Below, piece after piece: positions 1 through 12,300 of a stretch of DNA of 64,000 bases. A program made the position numbers and the translations under genes. Position 1 is the stretch's first letter. Each line of letters begins with the position of its first letter. The notes under the pieces are model-generated. The model ran no database searches, was not told where the DNA came from, and was given only the letters and a program-made list of their open reading frames with translations. Origin of the DNA: Phoronis australis (Eukaryota > Animalia > Phoronida); assembly GCA_002633005.1 (NCBI GenBank), contig NMRA01000266.1:12544-76543 (forward strand), read 5' to 3'.

Positions 1-76
1 ACCGAACTGCCTTATGGAATCTGGGAGAATTTTAGGGGGGCATGGCCCCCTTGACCCCCTTCTAAATCAGCCACTG
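1..76 (-). mobile_element. End of a short non-autonomous DNA element (CAGTGGCTGATTTAG...GGGGG terminus)
   Basis: Related termini at 3937, 4681-4696, 38941 and 48537. Confidence 0.45.
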
Positions 77-94
77 GTGTCTGCTTGTACTTAC

Positions 95-322
95 TTGGGA
101 CACTCAACTCTTTTACAACGTGGTAATTCGTCATAACGTAGGTGGGGCCTACTCGGAACCCAGACCCCAGTCCAATTCCATTCGACCTTGCAATTAACAC
201 AACTGACGGGAGGATATTCGCAAAAGACTGGAGTAAGTGCGCGGACATCAACTTCTTATTGAGATCATGGAACAGTGTTGAGTTCGCAGACTGTGCAGGA
301 GGCAGTATGAGTGGAAAGAAAT
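95..322 (-). CDS. Exon: N-terminal part of a trypsin-like (Trypsin_2/FAM111-like) serine protease domain including the catalytic His
   Basis: tttttcAG acceptor (323-324) and GTAAGT donor (89-94). Encodes ...LLQSFANILPSVVLIARSNGIGLGSGFRVGPTYVMTNYHVVKELSVP. SV..I...G(S/T)GF.VG...(M/L)TN.HVV is the chymotrypsin-fold His motif. Confidence 0.8.
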
Positions 323-3300
323 CTGAAAAACATACAATTTTGAATTAATTTTTAACAGTGTTATTAGTTATAAATCCTCATACAAATATTTTGGCTCTAT
401 TCTGGATCAACACCTTGACTTCAAAGAAAATTTGAATGAAAACGTTATCTGAAGCTTCTGGTAGAACGTTAGGGAAGATATGCTCAACATTCTGCGACAA
501 CAAGAATCTAGGATTCGAAACGTTTAATTCGTGAGTGGCACCGATTTTAGATTACGGGTCATCTGTTTGGGGTTACAAAAATTATGGTTATGATGAAAAT
601 ATTCAAAACTGAGTTATGCGTTTTCATCTAGGGGTCAACCGATTTACAGCCACTCATGCTGTTAGTGGCGATGGGGGCTGGGACTCCACCGGAAATAGTC
701 TTGAATTGAATATGTTGCGTCTTTGGAACAAACTAGTGGCCACAGGTGATGACAGGTTACTAAAGAAGGTATTTCTATTGGACTATTCTGTTGGTACAAA
801 TGGTTGGATAGACGGCATAACTGGCATGCAAGCCCGTTTTCAAAATGTTACTACTTGTAACATAGTAGATGCTAAAAACAAACTATTTGAATACTCGAAA
901 CATGTTTGGGCTGAGTCCGTTGTACCAGAACCCCAGTTGAGAACCTACATTTTTATTTAAGCACGAGTTTTTAACTGAACAGTATGTGAACCTTAATTCA
1001 TCTCGTTCCGAGCGATCTCTTTTGGCTCAGTTTAGAGCAGGAAATCTCCCACTGCGCTAGGAAACTGGTCGTTATGTAAACACACCTGTAAGACTTTGCC
1101 TGTGTTGTGATTCTAGTTCTATCAAGGATGAGCTACATTTTGTGTTTGCTTGTTCTCTTTATAACTCGCGGAGGACTGATCTTTTTCATAATGTTTCACT
1201 CCAAGTCCCGAACTTTACAGATTTCAGGTTAGATACGTTAAAACTGCTGTTTCAGTTTTTCCCTAGGTAGTTTTCCAAATATATCAAGTCTGCTTTTGAA
1301 ATTATAAACCGTCGCATTTACGATAAATCTGAGTAGTGTGGTTAAAGTGACTAATAAGCCCAACTGGACAGGGTACTAATGTTTCTTACGAATGTTCTAC
1401 CTATAGCTGTTAGAATTAATTGTACTTGTCACTATAATGAATAAATACAATACAGCTAATGCCTGTGAAGTTGAATAGGGACAAGTTTATTCAAAATTTG
1501 ATACTTCCAAGATTTCCACTGAAAGTGGGAGTTAGCTATCAATTTTAAATTCTCCTTGGAACTAGTCAATTACCAGACAGCCTTGTATCCACGTCCAATA
1601 TGTACAATTCGCCGTCGTTTCCCTTTCTTACTTTCAATATGACGTCCGCCTCACCCTTGGGGATAAGTTTACCTTTTGACTTAGCAAAACCTTCCACTAC
1701 TTTACCACATTGTTTTTCAGTTGGAAAAGCACATGCTCCTAAACTATCGTCGGATGAATCCGCAGTCGTTTGTTCGGCCGCAGGCGGTGGAACTTCAATG
1801 GCAGACCCGTACTTTTGTTCCAGTTTTTTTAAATCACGTTTCAGATCCATTTGTTTCTGGAAATACAATTCGAATATCTTTTAATTCGGCTGTCTATTCT
1901 GTATTATAATAACTGTCTAAAACGCTAAAAACTGAACATCATGCTTCATAAAAATTTCCTTCTTCAATTTTTATAGGAGCCCAAAGCTTCCAAAGAAATG
2001 ACACTTGATTACTAAATAAGATCAGGCTCTACAAGCTGGCTTGTCACTGCGCGCAACTTTAGACACCGAACATGGTCTCATCGAATAACAAACAACCAGT
2101 GCCTTGCAAAATCAGAAATTGACCCTCATCTGAATAAGGAACAATTATTACATAATGTTTCCCAAATCAAAAGTTCGCCTCTTGGACTAATCAAACCCAA
2201 GTGAATCATTTGACACCATGTGGCGTGAGATCATGTTACAGTAATGCGGACAGACGATCATAGTCACGATTGTGGTATAAGTACCTGAACCATTGTTATT
2301 TGTTGTGTACCTTAAGCATAGTTTTAATTTTCTTGACCTCATCTTTGCCTGCAGAGGTAAGTTTTCCGCACACGTCGTGCGCAGTTTTTTTGTCCTGTAA
2401 ACATAGAAATACAAGAACTTACGCTGGGCCACTGCAAACACCAAGAACCAAAATAAAAATATAAGCTAGTTTGTCAAAATGTATTTAACGAGACACAGTA
2501 AAGTAAGAACAATAACGATGGCAGAATTGTTTGAATCCGTCAAATGTTGACGTGTTGGACTAAAGGGATCATTCTAAATTGAAGGTGTGCTTCACAATGG
2601 CATAAGGCAGTTATAGAGAACAGAGACTTTGCACTGCCTAGTTCATTACTTATGTACGAAGAGTAGAACAACTTCCTTTACAACTCAAGTTGAGATAAAT
2701 TGTCATCTAGGCAAATGTCAACTTTCGTGAATAGTAATCTTGCTTCATAAAATCACTTTCTGATTGTCAGTTATCAAACCATGCAGTCATACCGTTTTCG
2801 GATTCCTCTAGGAATTAAAAAGAACCGAGCTTTAACATCCCGACTGAAAATTTGTGAAAAGTGTATTTGCAATTTTTCAAAACAATAAAGAACGGACGAG
2901 TGTACCATTTGTTTTTTGACCCATGTGCAGACCGCAAAGAACCTTTTATCTTCGTTACTACGTGTACTTCACACAAGGTAATACGAAAACAATCCGGTTT
3001 TCAAAAAAATGTCCTAACCCATCCTTTTAGACTACCAGCTGAGAGTTCTGTTGTATTCATCTGAGACCAGTATCTTTTTGCTCATGAACATTGAAATGAA
3101 GGTTCACAAATCTACATGGCTAAGAATCCGCCAAAACAACCAAGAAAGTTTCTCAATTTTAAGACGTCGACAGTAAAAAGGCTTAAATTAAGGAATAGAA
3201 TTTCTATTTCAGGAGTTTCCTAACAGTATTTATGAATCATATCGAGAATAGGACTTTTCAGATGGACTGAATATTTGCCATATAGCTTGTTAAGGTGACA

Positions 3301-6300
3301 CAGAAACTGTCCTCGATCAGCATTGGAGCAGAGTACATACATCATCACAAGTCGAACGTGTTATCACGTGACCTGACTTCCAGCCACAATAACATTGTAA
3401 TGATTGTCCTATTCTAAAAATTAGAGGCACTTTAAGTACCTTATATATCATTTCACCTGTACAAGTAAGTAAAGCCGCACAATAATAATGATTCCAATAA
3501 CGTATTTATTCCATACACGTTGAAACATTCGAGTGCATTACGGCCATGTGATATTGATTTCTATATTTACCTACCGCACTACTACAACAGTGACCTCTTC
3601 CAGGGAAAGTTCAAAAGGTAGGTCAAGTCGATTCGACGCCGTTAGCCTGTTCGATCATCAAACCAAGGAGTGTAGTAGTATAGGAGAGTTCACTTGTGAG
3701 TTCGCTGTTACCGCTACTACTAGCGCCGCCAAGTGGTAAACAAGCAACTGTCAACCAGGAAGCGACAAAATGGTGAAGGACGTATTTTGCAAAGCGATAA
3801 ATTGCATGAATTCATCCACGAAAACCCCAGACGTGTCGTTTTTTAGGTTTCCCAAGGATCCAGAAAGGTAAGTATTATCTGTTATTCAATAATATGATAT
3901 ATTTTCTTTCATTTTGTGTGTTCTGGTCACGGTTGTCATTGGCGGATTTAGGGGTGCGGGGGCCCAGAGTGCCCGCCCCCCCCTTGGCTGCCACAAAAAA
4001 TGTGTGCAGTTTTAGTGTTGGGAAGGACTCCAATCCAATTTCAAGTCTCAAATTTGGAACACGGTGCAATCGTAACAGAACGATGGCTAAGTATAGGCTC
4101 TCCCGCGATATCAAAAGGCGACCGGCAGTGGCTCTGGGCACTACGACTCCGTTTCCATCGTCTGCTCTACTGAGCAATGAAGAAAATTACTTCATTTATT
4201 TAAGATAATGTAATATGAGTGATGATGAAAAAACAGAATCTGCTGGTGGTAAGATGTCAATTTTAATCGAAGCTTGAGTGAATCACTCAGAAACTCATAA
4301 TTCTCTTTTTGTCAAACCTTAACTTAATTTCCAAAGCAATCACGTCATTATTGCCGACACAAAAACGGATTTGGTCTTTTGGGCTATTGAAGACTATTTT
4401 AAATACAACAAATTTGTTACGAACTGATTGCACAAAATATAAAACATGTAACAAGCCTTAGAAAAAGAAGGAGGTTTCGCGCACAAACGCTGTGGACCAT
4501 AAACAAGTAGGTCTCTTAGTATCTTTATTAGGAGTAAAAGCGTGGTGGTGCAGTGGTAAAGCACGCGCGTTCTATCCGAGAGGTCGTGAGTTCGACCTCC
4601 CCCATTCTGTGCAATGCGCATCTACAAACGTGCTATGAGCAAATGTTTACAGACAAAATGTTGGGCCCCCCTTGTGATATCCTAGATCCACCACTGGTAA
4701 TAAGTCGATAGCAATCCCGGTGCCACTGTTGTCTGCACTGTGGGCTAGGCCTACCGGGCAGCAGGCGGAATGGCTATGATTAACGTACGATGTGTAGGTC
4801 AGCTTTTTGGATACTTGCAGTCCCAGTCCATGTATTCCAAATCAAAATGCCATCCGAACGATCACAGGGATAATTTTAGGAAAACATACCCATGCCATGG
4901 GTAATATGACTGGTGACACGGACATGGCACAATCACAGCCACAGCGCCTCAAGTCTGTCATGAGTCAAGTTAGAGAATCTGTGGGTCTCGGTGAAAAGGT
5001 AAAAAAATCGACATAATTTCCTTGTGCCTGTTGGACCAAGTTAAGCAGTCGTCATTGAACTAAATTCTATGTGCCAATGATGCGGGGGCGCGGCCCTTAA
5101 AATATCCGTGGATCGACATATGAGTCCTATTTTTTAGTTGACACCAAGACGCTTTTGTCTCTATCACAATCACAGTACGACAGGGCTTCTGTAGTGTAGT
5201 GTAGTTAAGTGTAGGCTACCAGTGAGTGTGAGGTTTGTTCCTGGGTCTCTCATTGATTTCTGTTCAAGTGCAAGCGCTATGAGCCTGAATAGAGATGCAG
5301 CTTAGGCCTACTTGTCCGTGATTTGCAAGTTATGCTCTCATCACTTCGAGGAGTCCATGTTCACGAATGAAGAGCAAGCTGATATTGAATGCAGTGCCTG
5401 AGCAAATTTTGATGTCCCTAATCCACCAAATATGAAGATGTCAAAAAGTTCTCCGGAAATTATGTTACAGCTCCGGAATAAGCTTTTTGCTTTTCTGATT
5501 ATCGTCTCACAAAGCAAGTACTGGAAAATCACGTGTGGAAAGGGCAATTAGTCAAAATCCGCCTCCCGTTCAGTAACGTTAGGACCTCGCTAAAAAGCAA
5601 GACTTCGCGAGTTTACATGAGATATTGCCGTGTATTTTAAATGAGAACACGTGACTTGTTCTGATTTTAGCTAGGTCCTAGCGTAGGTCCTAGCGTTACT
5701 AAACGCACGCCCGGTTTTTGTAGTTTACTAAGGTTGACCAGATTGAAACATTTTATGAATGGTTAGCCTGTGATTTGAAGAGAGCCAAAGTGAAACTGGT
5801 GGATCTTTCAGAGTCTGAATGGTGGGCTGAAATTTTGTTAAACCCAAGCTATCCGTATCATTTTGCTGCTCGATGACAAACACCTCTGCGAGTAAATTAG
5901 TTTTCAGATTTATTTATAACGCATTCCTTGGCTCATAGAGCTGTTGTTTACTAGTGAATTAATAGAGAGTGGGAAGGTTGGTTAGATTTTCTTGTTGTAT
6001 TGATGTATGTGTTGCCTATTTTATACGTTTTTGGAGATTGTGATTAATTTAAGCCCCAGTTGTGGTTAGGTACCAAATATGATCTTGTGGTCTGGCTTTA
6101 ACTTACTTGAAATATTTACTGTTATTGATAATAGGAACAGTGGGTATATAAAATAAAATTTTGGTTTTATTATCCAAGTTTTTTTAATTCAGTTTTGTAT
6201 GAAGTTTAGTGAGTAGTGAACATTTTGATTGCTGTTCAGTACCTCTAAGTTTTTTGTCATGACATTATTATGAGTGATGATATACTCAATGTTACTACAT

Positions 6301-9300
6301 TTTGTGAGCTCTTCTACAGCTTAGCAACTGACATGTAATTGTTGGTGATTATAGTGGGAGAGTGGGATCGAGTTTACCCTGAACTGGTTTGTCTAAGAAA
6401 TAATGGAAAATTCTACAATTATACAACGATTTTGTGGTAGTGATGAATTTCTTTGTTTTCTTGTTCTTATCTGTGTAACACCCACTGCATCAAACAATTG
6501 TTCGCATTGCTAGTTATCCTGGTGCATTGAATGGGGAACACATGCGAAATTGTTGGGTGGAGATGAAACCAGCAGTGAGGTGGAAGCAACATGTTTGTCA
6601 ATGGTCAGGGGAGCAGCCAAAATTTGTGACGATGGGAGGGGCTCAACATCCATGTGGCATACACCATTGGTTTTTTACCTTTTTAGCACGCATCTCATGT
6701 AACCCCCTGGGATGGGGTCAACACCCATTTGACGCCCACCTGGTTTTTGCCAGGTACCCCCTTAGCTGTCACCTGGGGGGAATTCCCCTGTGAACCCCCA
6801 GGAGCAATATTTCCAAATTATGTAGTCCATGGAGGTATGAACTGTTATAAGTAACGATAATTTGCTTTGTGAAGAACTTCAACATGAAACAAAACCATGA
6901 TGGATTTTGAAAGGAGCTTCAAGACAATAAAAACAAATACACCTAAATATTGATTAAAATACACATTTTAGTTCCCATTCGATTATAAGTCGATGTTAGT
7001 TTACATATATTCTAACCAATTTAAAACACACAGTAATTTTATTGCGCGTTGAACGTCATTAAATTATGAACTTATCAATGTTTACAATATTCGGACTGCG
7101 CTCCTAAGTAAGTGTTGATTATTCACCACTTGGGGAGCTAGTGTCTCGACCGATAACCATTGCGGCGAATGACAAAAGGGCAGAGTAAACTCTCCTATAC
7201 TACTACACTCCTTGATCAAACTTTCCAAAAATTGTTTAATGTATTACAAATTCAGCAGTATAAATATCATTCAACATGTTGAACAAAACTGTTCATTGAA
7301 CGACACTTCTGTCGCAGTTTTCAACTGCTAAATATTATACCGGAGGTAATATTCAAATCGAGGACTCTTAGCAAGCTTTTCCAACGAAGGACGACCTATC
7401 ACATGCATGACGCCTGCCATTGCTTACTTGGTGTGCGTGAACTTGAATTCGGAGTGAGCTTGGAATTAAATACACTTCAAAGAAATCAGGTGAATAATTT
7501 CTTCAATGTAGAGATTTTTTTTTAATTATTGATCCCAGGAGCACTCATTTGTCCCGTTAACGAATTCTAGTAACGTGAACGCAATTATTTGAGTGAAGAA
7601 CCCACGTTCTCTCGGCGTAAGTCCATCAACAATCTTGAGATTAAGCGAAATTCCAAGTTCATATTCGACAGTTGCATCTTCAATTGACACTTCGTCCGGC
7701 ATCCTATATGTATTTTCTTAGAGCACCCCACCAAAACTAAAGTCAAGCTAAAAATCTGTATTTAATCCAGTTCATTTATAAAAAATTCAATATCATGTAA
7801 AAAGACAATCATATGGGCTTAGGTTTCGAAGAAAAGTACTTGCGTGAAGATCCGTCTCATGAATTTTTCAACAAAACGAAGCGAAAATAGTACCTTTAAA
7901 TATAATATCAGATACTGTTTGTATTAAGTTATTTTAAGGAAATGTTACAAATTATATCTACTGAGGCAGTCTTTGACACTTAGTTTCAGTTCTATAAGCA
8001 TTGGTTATGATGAGAATAATTCATTTTGAACCGATAAATTGATGTCGGCCACAAACACGTAGATATTATGCGGCCTTGCACGTGGTAATAACGGCATACA
8101 TGTAATTTTTTATTCTTTTCTGACACAAGCCACTTCCAATGCACTTCGTTTTCTGAAGGAAATCGAAAAAACGATTACCCGGCTTTACTTGCAGCTTCCT
8201 GGTTCGCTAAAATGGGAATGATACGCCACACCACAGCGACACACACTCGGCTGAAAAAAAAAACACTGACGTCGCTGCGTCGTGTTTTCATCTTCCTGAC
8301 CGGCTAACGTGACACCTCTCCGTCGGCGAGGTGAGATCGACCGTATACGAGGTGATGTGGATGTAGACTGGTTAAGACGACGGCTCTTCACTTCGTGTTC
8401 TAATCTTATAAAAGCCTAAAATTAGGAATCCTGCGAGCACAGTGGTTAATCAAAAAACTCTGCGAGTGGTAAGAATTCCTTGAATTCTGTTTTGACAAAA
8501 TTTGATTGTGTAACTATCAAAAATCCACGTAATACGATGGGTGCACTCCGCGTCTACGTCTAACTCCGGACCGTCAGACAACAAATTCGTGGTGTAAATC
8601 ATCAGACACGTACCCTTATACCCCTGCACACTTGTTGATTACGGTATGTTTCATGGGAGCTGACAAAAAGCGAGTATGCTGGTCTGGTAAATGCCAGTTT
8701 GCTGGTATAGAGGAACGTAACTATAATTTAGTGGAGCAGCAACTGAATCGTTTCCCTCACCAAGTCATATAGGAATTGTTCTCTAAACCTACACCTATTT
8801 TAATAGGTTAAAACAGGTTAATTGAAATTTATGAAGCAAAGTCTTGGTAGCTTCGAGCTAACTGTTAAAATCAGGGCACGGCGTTGAATCATAATTTATA
8901 GTAAGTTAAATTCAAGTGAAGAGCAATGAACAAATATTCTTTGATCATTGAATGAAAACCGTGTTGGAGCAGTTATTGTTGTACAGTGTTTTAATAGATT
9001 CCTTTCCATTTTGCGTCTGGTAAAACGTTACCTAGCGTCACGTCATTGTTATCTAATTTCTGTAGAAGACGATCCTCTCAAATCTAGAAAAATTGACTTG
9101 AATATATGACAAAAAGAATGTTGACTTTTTCAAATTATTTCACTGAATGTCCACAAGCGCAACAGATATTGCAATATATTTTTACGTTTGTTACATTTGA
9201 AAAGAAACTGGTTTGAGAAAAATAACATTGCACCGATATTCGAAACAAAGACGCCACGTCATTGTTGAATAGTTGTAAACATTTGCCTATAATGCAAAAA

Positions 9301-12300
9301 CGTGACAATCAGATTGAAAAGGGAAGCACTCGAATAATGGTCGTAGACATATGTATATGCCAAAACAGGGTGAAGAAATCGTTGCAACAAGCAAAAGTTA
9401 TCCGACAGTGGTTTTTTTAGAACACAAGACTAGGGGTGCCGCATTATACAAATCCCTCGATTGCATTTATGCTTTTTAGCTAATGGGAAGTAGCAGGTGC
9501 CAGAAGGAAATATGCAACGTCTCGTTTCTTCTCGAGAATAAGAGAAAATAGGACTCTAGTGTATGGTGGTACGTCAATTTTGCAATACGTCGAAGACCGG
9601 GACATTTTGATGGCATACGGGATGGCGGCAAAACTTTAAAAAATTGTGACACTGCATTGTCCTTATCAGTCTAATTAGCTTGGGCGGTTCTCAAATGGAA
9701 AGCAGACAACATTAATTTGATATCCGTTAAGCGATATTAGAGTGCGAAAAATACCAATGAAATTTCTCCGTCAAAAAATTTATTAAGTCGTTGGGTGAAC
9801 ACGTGGATCCACAACCAAACAACAGTGTCATTAGTTACCTTATCGCGTACATCCACGGTGGCGTGGTTAGCCAGTAGCAACTCCACCATCTTTGTGTGAC
9901 CACGCTCAGCCGCCTGGTGCAGTGGTGTTCTGCGCACCTATATACAAGTAGTATACACTGTAAAATGGAGATGTGTGAATGAACGATCAACGTTTAGATC
10001 ACCTTAACATCGACGGGAGAAAGTGAAGATAAAGAAAGCATTACAGGCTAAGACGCTACAATACTTGTAATGATTTCAAAATATAAGTTTTACAGGTGAT
10101 CAAAAAACGTTAAAATAACCACACCACATGTTGTAGAAGACGACTGTACCATTTGTTTTTGCAAACCGCAAAGTACCTTTTATATTCGTTCCTACGATAC
10201 TCAAGGTAATAGGACAGCAACCCGTTTTTCAAAAAAACTGTCCTAAGTCATCCCTTTACATGACAAGCTGTTGTTCTACGGTTATATAATGTATTAATCT
10301 GAGACCAAGTTGTTTTTGCTAATTGACATTGGAATGAAGGTACGCAAATTTGCATGGCTAGGAATCCGACAAAGCAACCAATAATGTTTCTCAATTCCAA
10401 AAATTGATAGTAGAAAAACTTGAATTAAGTTATTGCACAGAATCATCTCCCAAAACACTCATTGTATTTGTTTATGTTTCAGGAATTTCCTAATAGTATT
10501 CATAAAACATATCGAGAATAGGACTTTTCAGACGGACTGAATATTTGCCACCTAGCTTGTTAAGGTGACACACAAACTACCCTCGATCAGCACAGGAACA
10601 GAGTATAGACATCATAACTAGCCAAACGTTCTATCATGTGACCTGATTTCAAGCCAATATCACATTGTAATTGGCTTGTTCAACTATTAGAGGCACAATA
10701 AGTACCCTATAAATCATTTCACCTGTACAGGTAAGTACAGCTGTACAAATATAATGATCCGATTTATGTATTTATTCCATACACGTTGAATCATTCGAGT
10801 GGATTACGACAATGTGATAGTGTTTTCTATGTTTACCTACCGCACAACTTCAAACGGGGACCTCTGACAGGGAAAGTTCAAAAGGTAAGACAAGTCGATT
10901 CGACGTCGTTAGCCGGTTCGATCATCAAAATTTCCAAAAATTGTTGTAACGCATACAAAGCCCAGCAGTATAAATAACACTCAACATGCAATCACGTCCC
11001 AAACGCAACATGTTGAACACAACTGTTAATTGATTGACACTTCTATCGCAGTTTTCAATTGCTAAATATTATGGCGGTGGTAATATTGAAATCGAGAACT
11101 CTTAGCAAGCTTTTTCAACGAAGGAGGACCTATGTTATGCCTGACGCCAGCAATTGCTTTCTTGGTGTGCGTGAACTTGAATTTTGCTCAGTATGAACAC
11201 CGTGCATGCGTGAGCTTGGATTTAAATACACTTCAAAGAAATCAGGTGAATAATTTCTTCAATGTAGAGATTTTTTTAATTATTGATCCCAGGAGCACTT
11301 ATTTGTCCTGTTAACGAATTCTAGTAACGTGAACGCAATTACATGTATTTGAGTGAAGAACCCACGCTCTCTCGGCGTAGGCCCATCAACAATCTTGAGG
11401 TTAAGCGAAATCCCAAGTTCATATTCGACAGTTGCATCTTCAATTGACACTTCGTCCGGCATCCTATATATATTTTCTTAATGCACCCCACCAAAACTAA
11501 AGTCAAGCTAAGAATTTGTATTTAATTCAGTTCATTTATAAAAAATCGATGTCATGTAGAAAGACAAACATTTAGGCTTAGGTTTCGAATAAAAGCATTT
11601 GGGTGAAGATCCGTTTCATGAATTTTTTAACAAAAAGGAAACCGAAATAGTATCTTTAACTTCAATATCAAATACTGTTTGTATTAAGTTATTTCAAGGA
11701 AATGTTACAAATTATGTCTACTGAGGCAGTCTTTGACACTTAGTTTCAGTTCTATAAGCATTGGTTATGATGAGAATAATTCATTTTGAACCGATAAATT
11801 GATGTCGGCCACAAACACGTAGATATTATGCGGCCTTGCACGTGGTAATAACGGCATACATGTAATTTTTTATTCTTTTCTGACACAAGCCACTTCCAAT
11901 GCACTTCGTTTTCTGAAGGAAATCGAAAAAACGATTACCCGGCTTTACTTGCAGCTTCCTGGTTCGCTAAAATGGGAATGATACGCCACACCACAGCGAC
12001 ACACACTCGGCTGAAAAAAAAAACACTGACGTCGCTGCGTCGTGTTTTCATCTTCCTGACCGGCTAACGTGACACCTCTCCGTCGGCGAGGTGAGATCGA
12101 CCGTATACGAGGTGATGTGGATGTAGACTGGTTAAGACGACGGCTCTTCACTTCGTGTTCTAATCTTATAAAAGCCTAAAATTAGGAATCCTGCGAGCAC
12201 AGTGGTTAATCAAAAAACTCTGCGAGTGGTAAGAATTCCTTGAATTCTGTTTTGACAAAATTTGATTGTGTAACTATCAAAAATCCACGTAATACGATGG

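Larger units (their letters stand above)
3664..7214 (+). mobile_element. Non-autonomous P-element-like DNA transposon
   Basis: Perfect 27-bp TIR CAAGGAGTGTAGTAGTATAGGAGAGTT and 7-bp TSD ATCAAAC (3657-3663/7215-7221). Empty sites in paralogous introns (about 10925, 15972, 19728). THAP exon inside. Confidence 0.85.

Noticed and set aside
4539-4612. tRNA gene
   Set aside because: A and B boxes are present but no acceptor/anticodon stems could be built; better explained as a SINE head.
3937-4696. A single MITE bounded by CA(T/G)TGG(C/T)GGAT(T/C)TAGG inverted ends
   Set aside because: The ends are imperfect and no TSD was found, so they may be independent fragments; not annotated as one element.
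8185-8391. Repeated 68-aa Arg/Ser-rich ORF (also 11945-12151)
   Set aside because: Identity reflects the recent duplication. It is disrupted in the other copies and overlaps a decayed THAP transposon fragment.
9737-9937. Stand-alone 66-69 aa ankyrin ORFs (also 14810-15019 and 18544-18744)
   Set aside because: They start at a GTG right after an AG acceptor, and ankyrin similarity stops at a GT donor; the tails are intron read-through.
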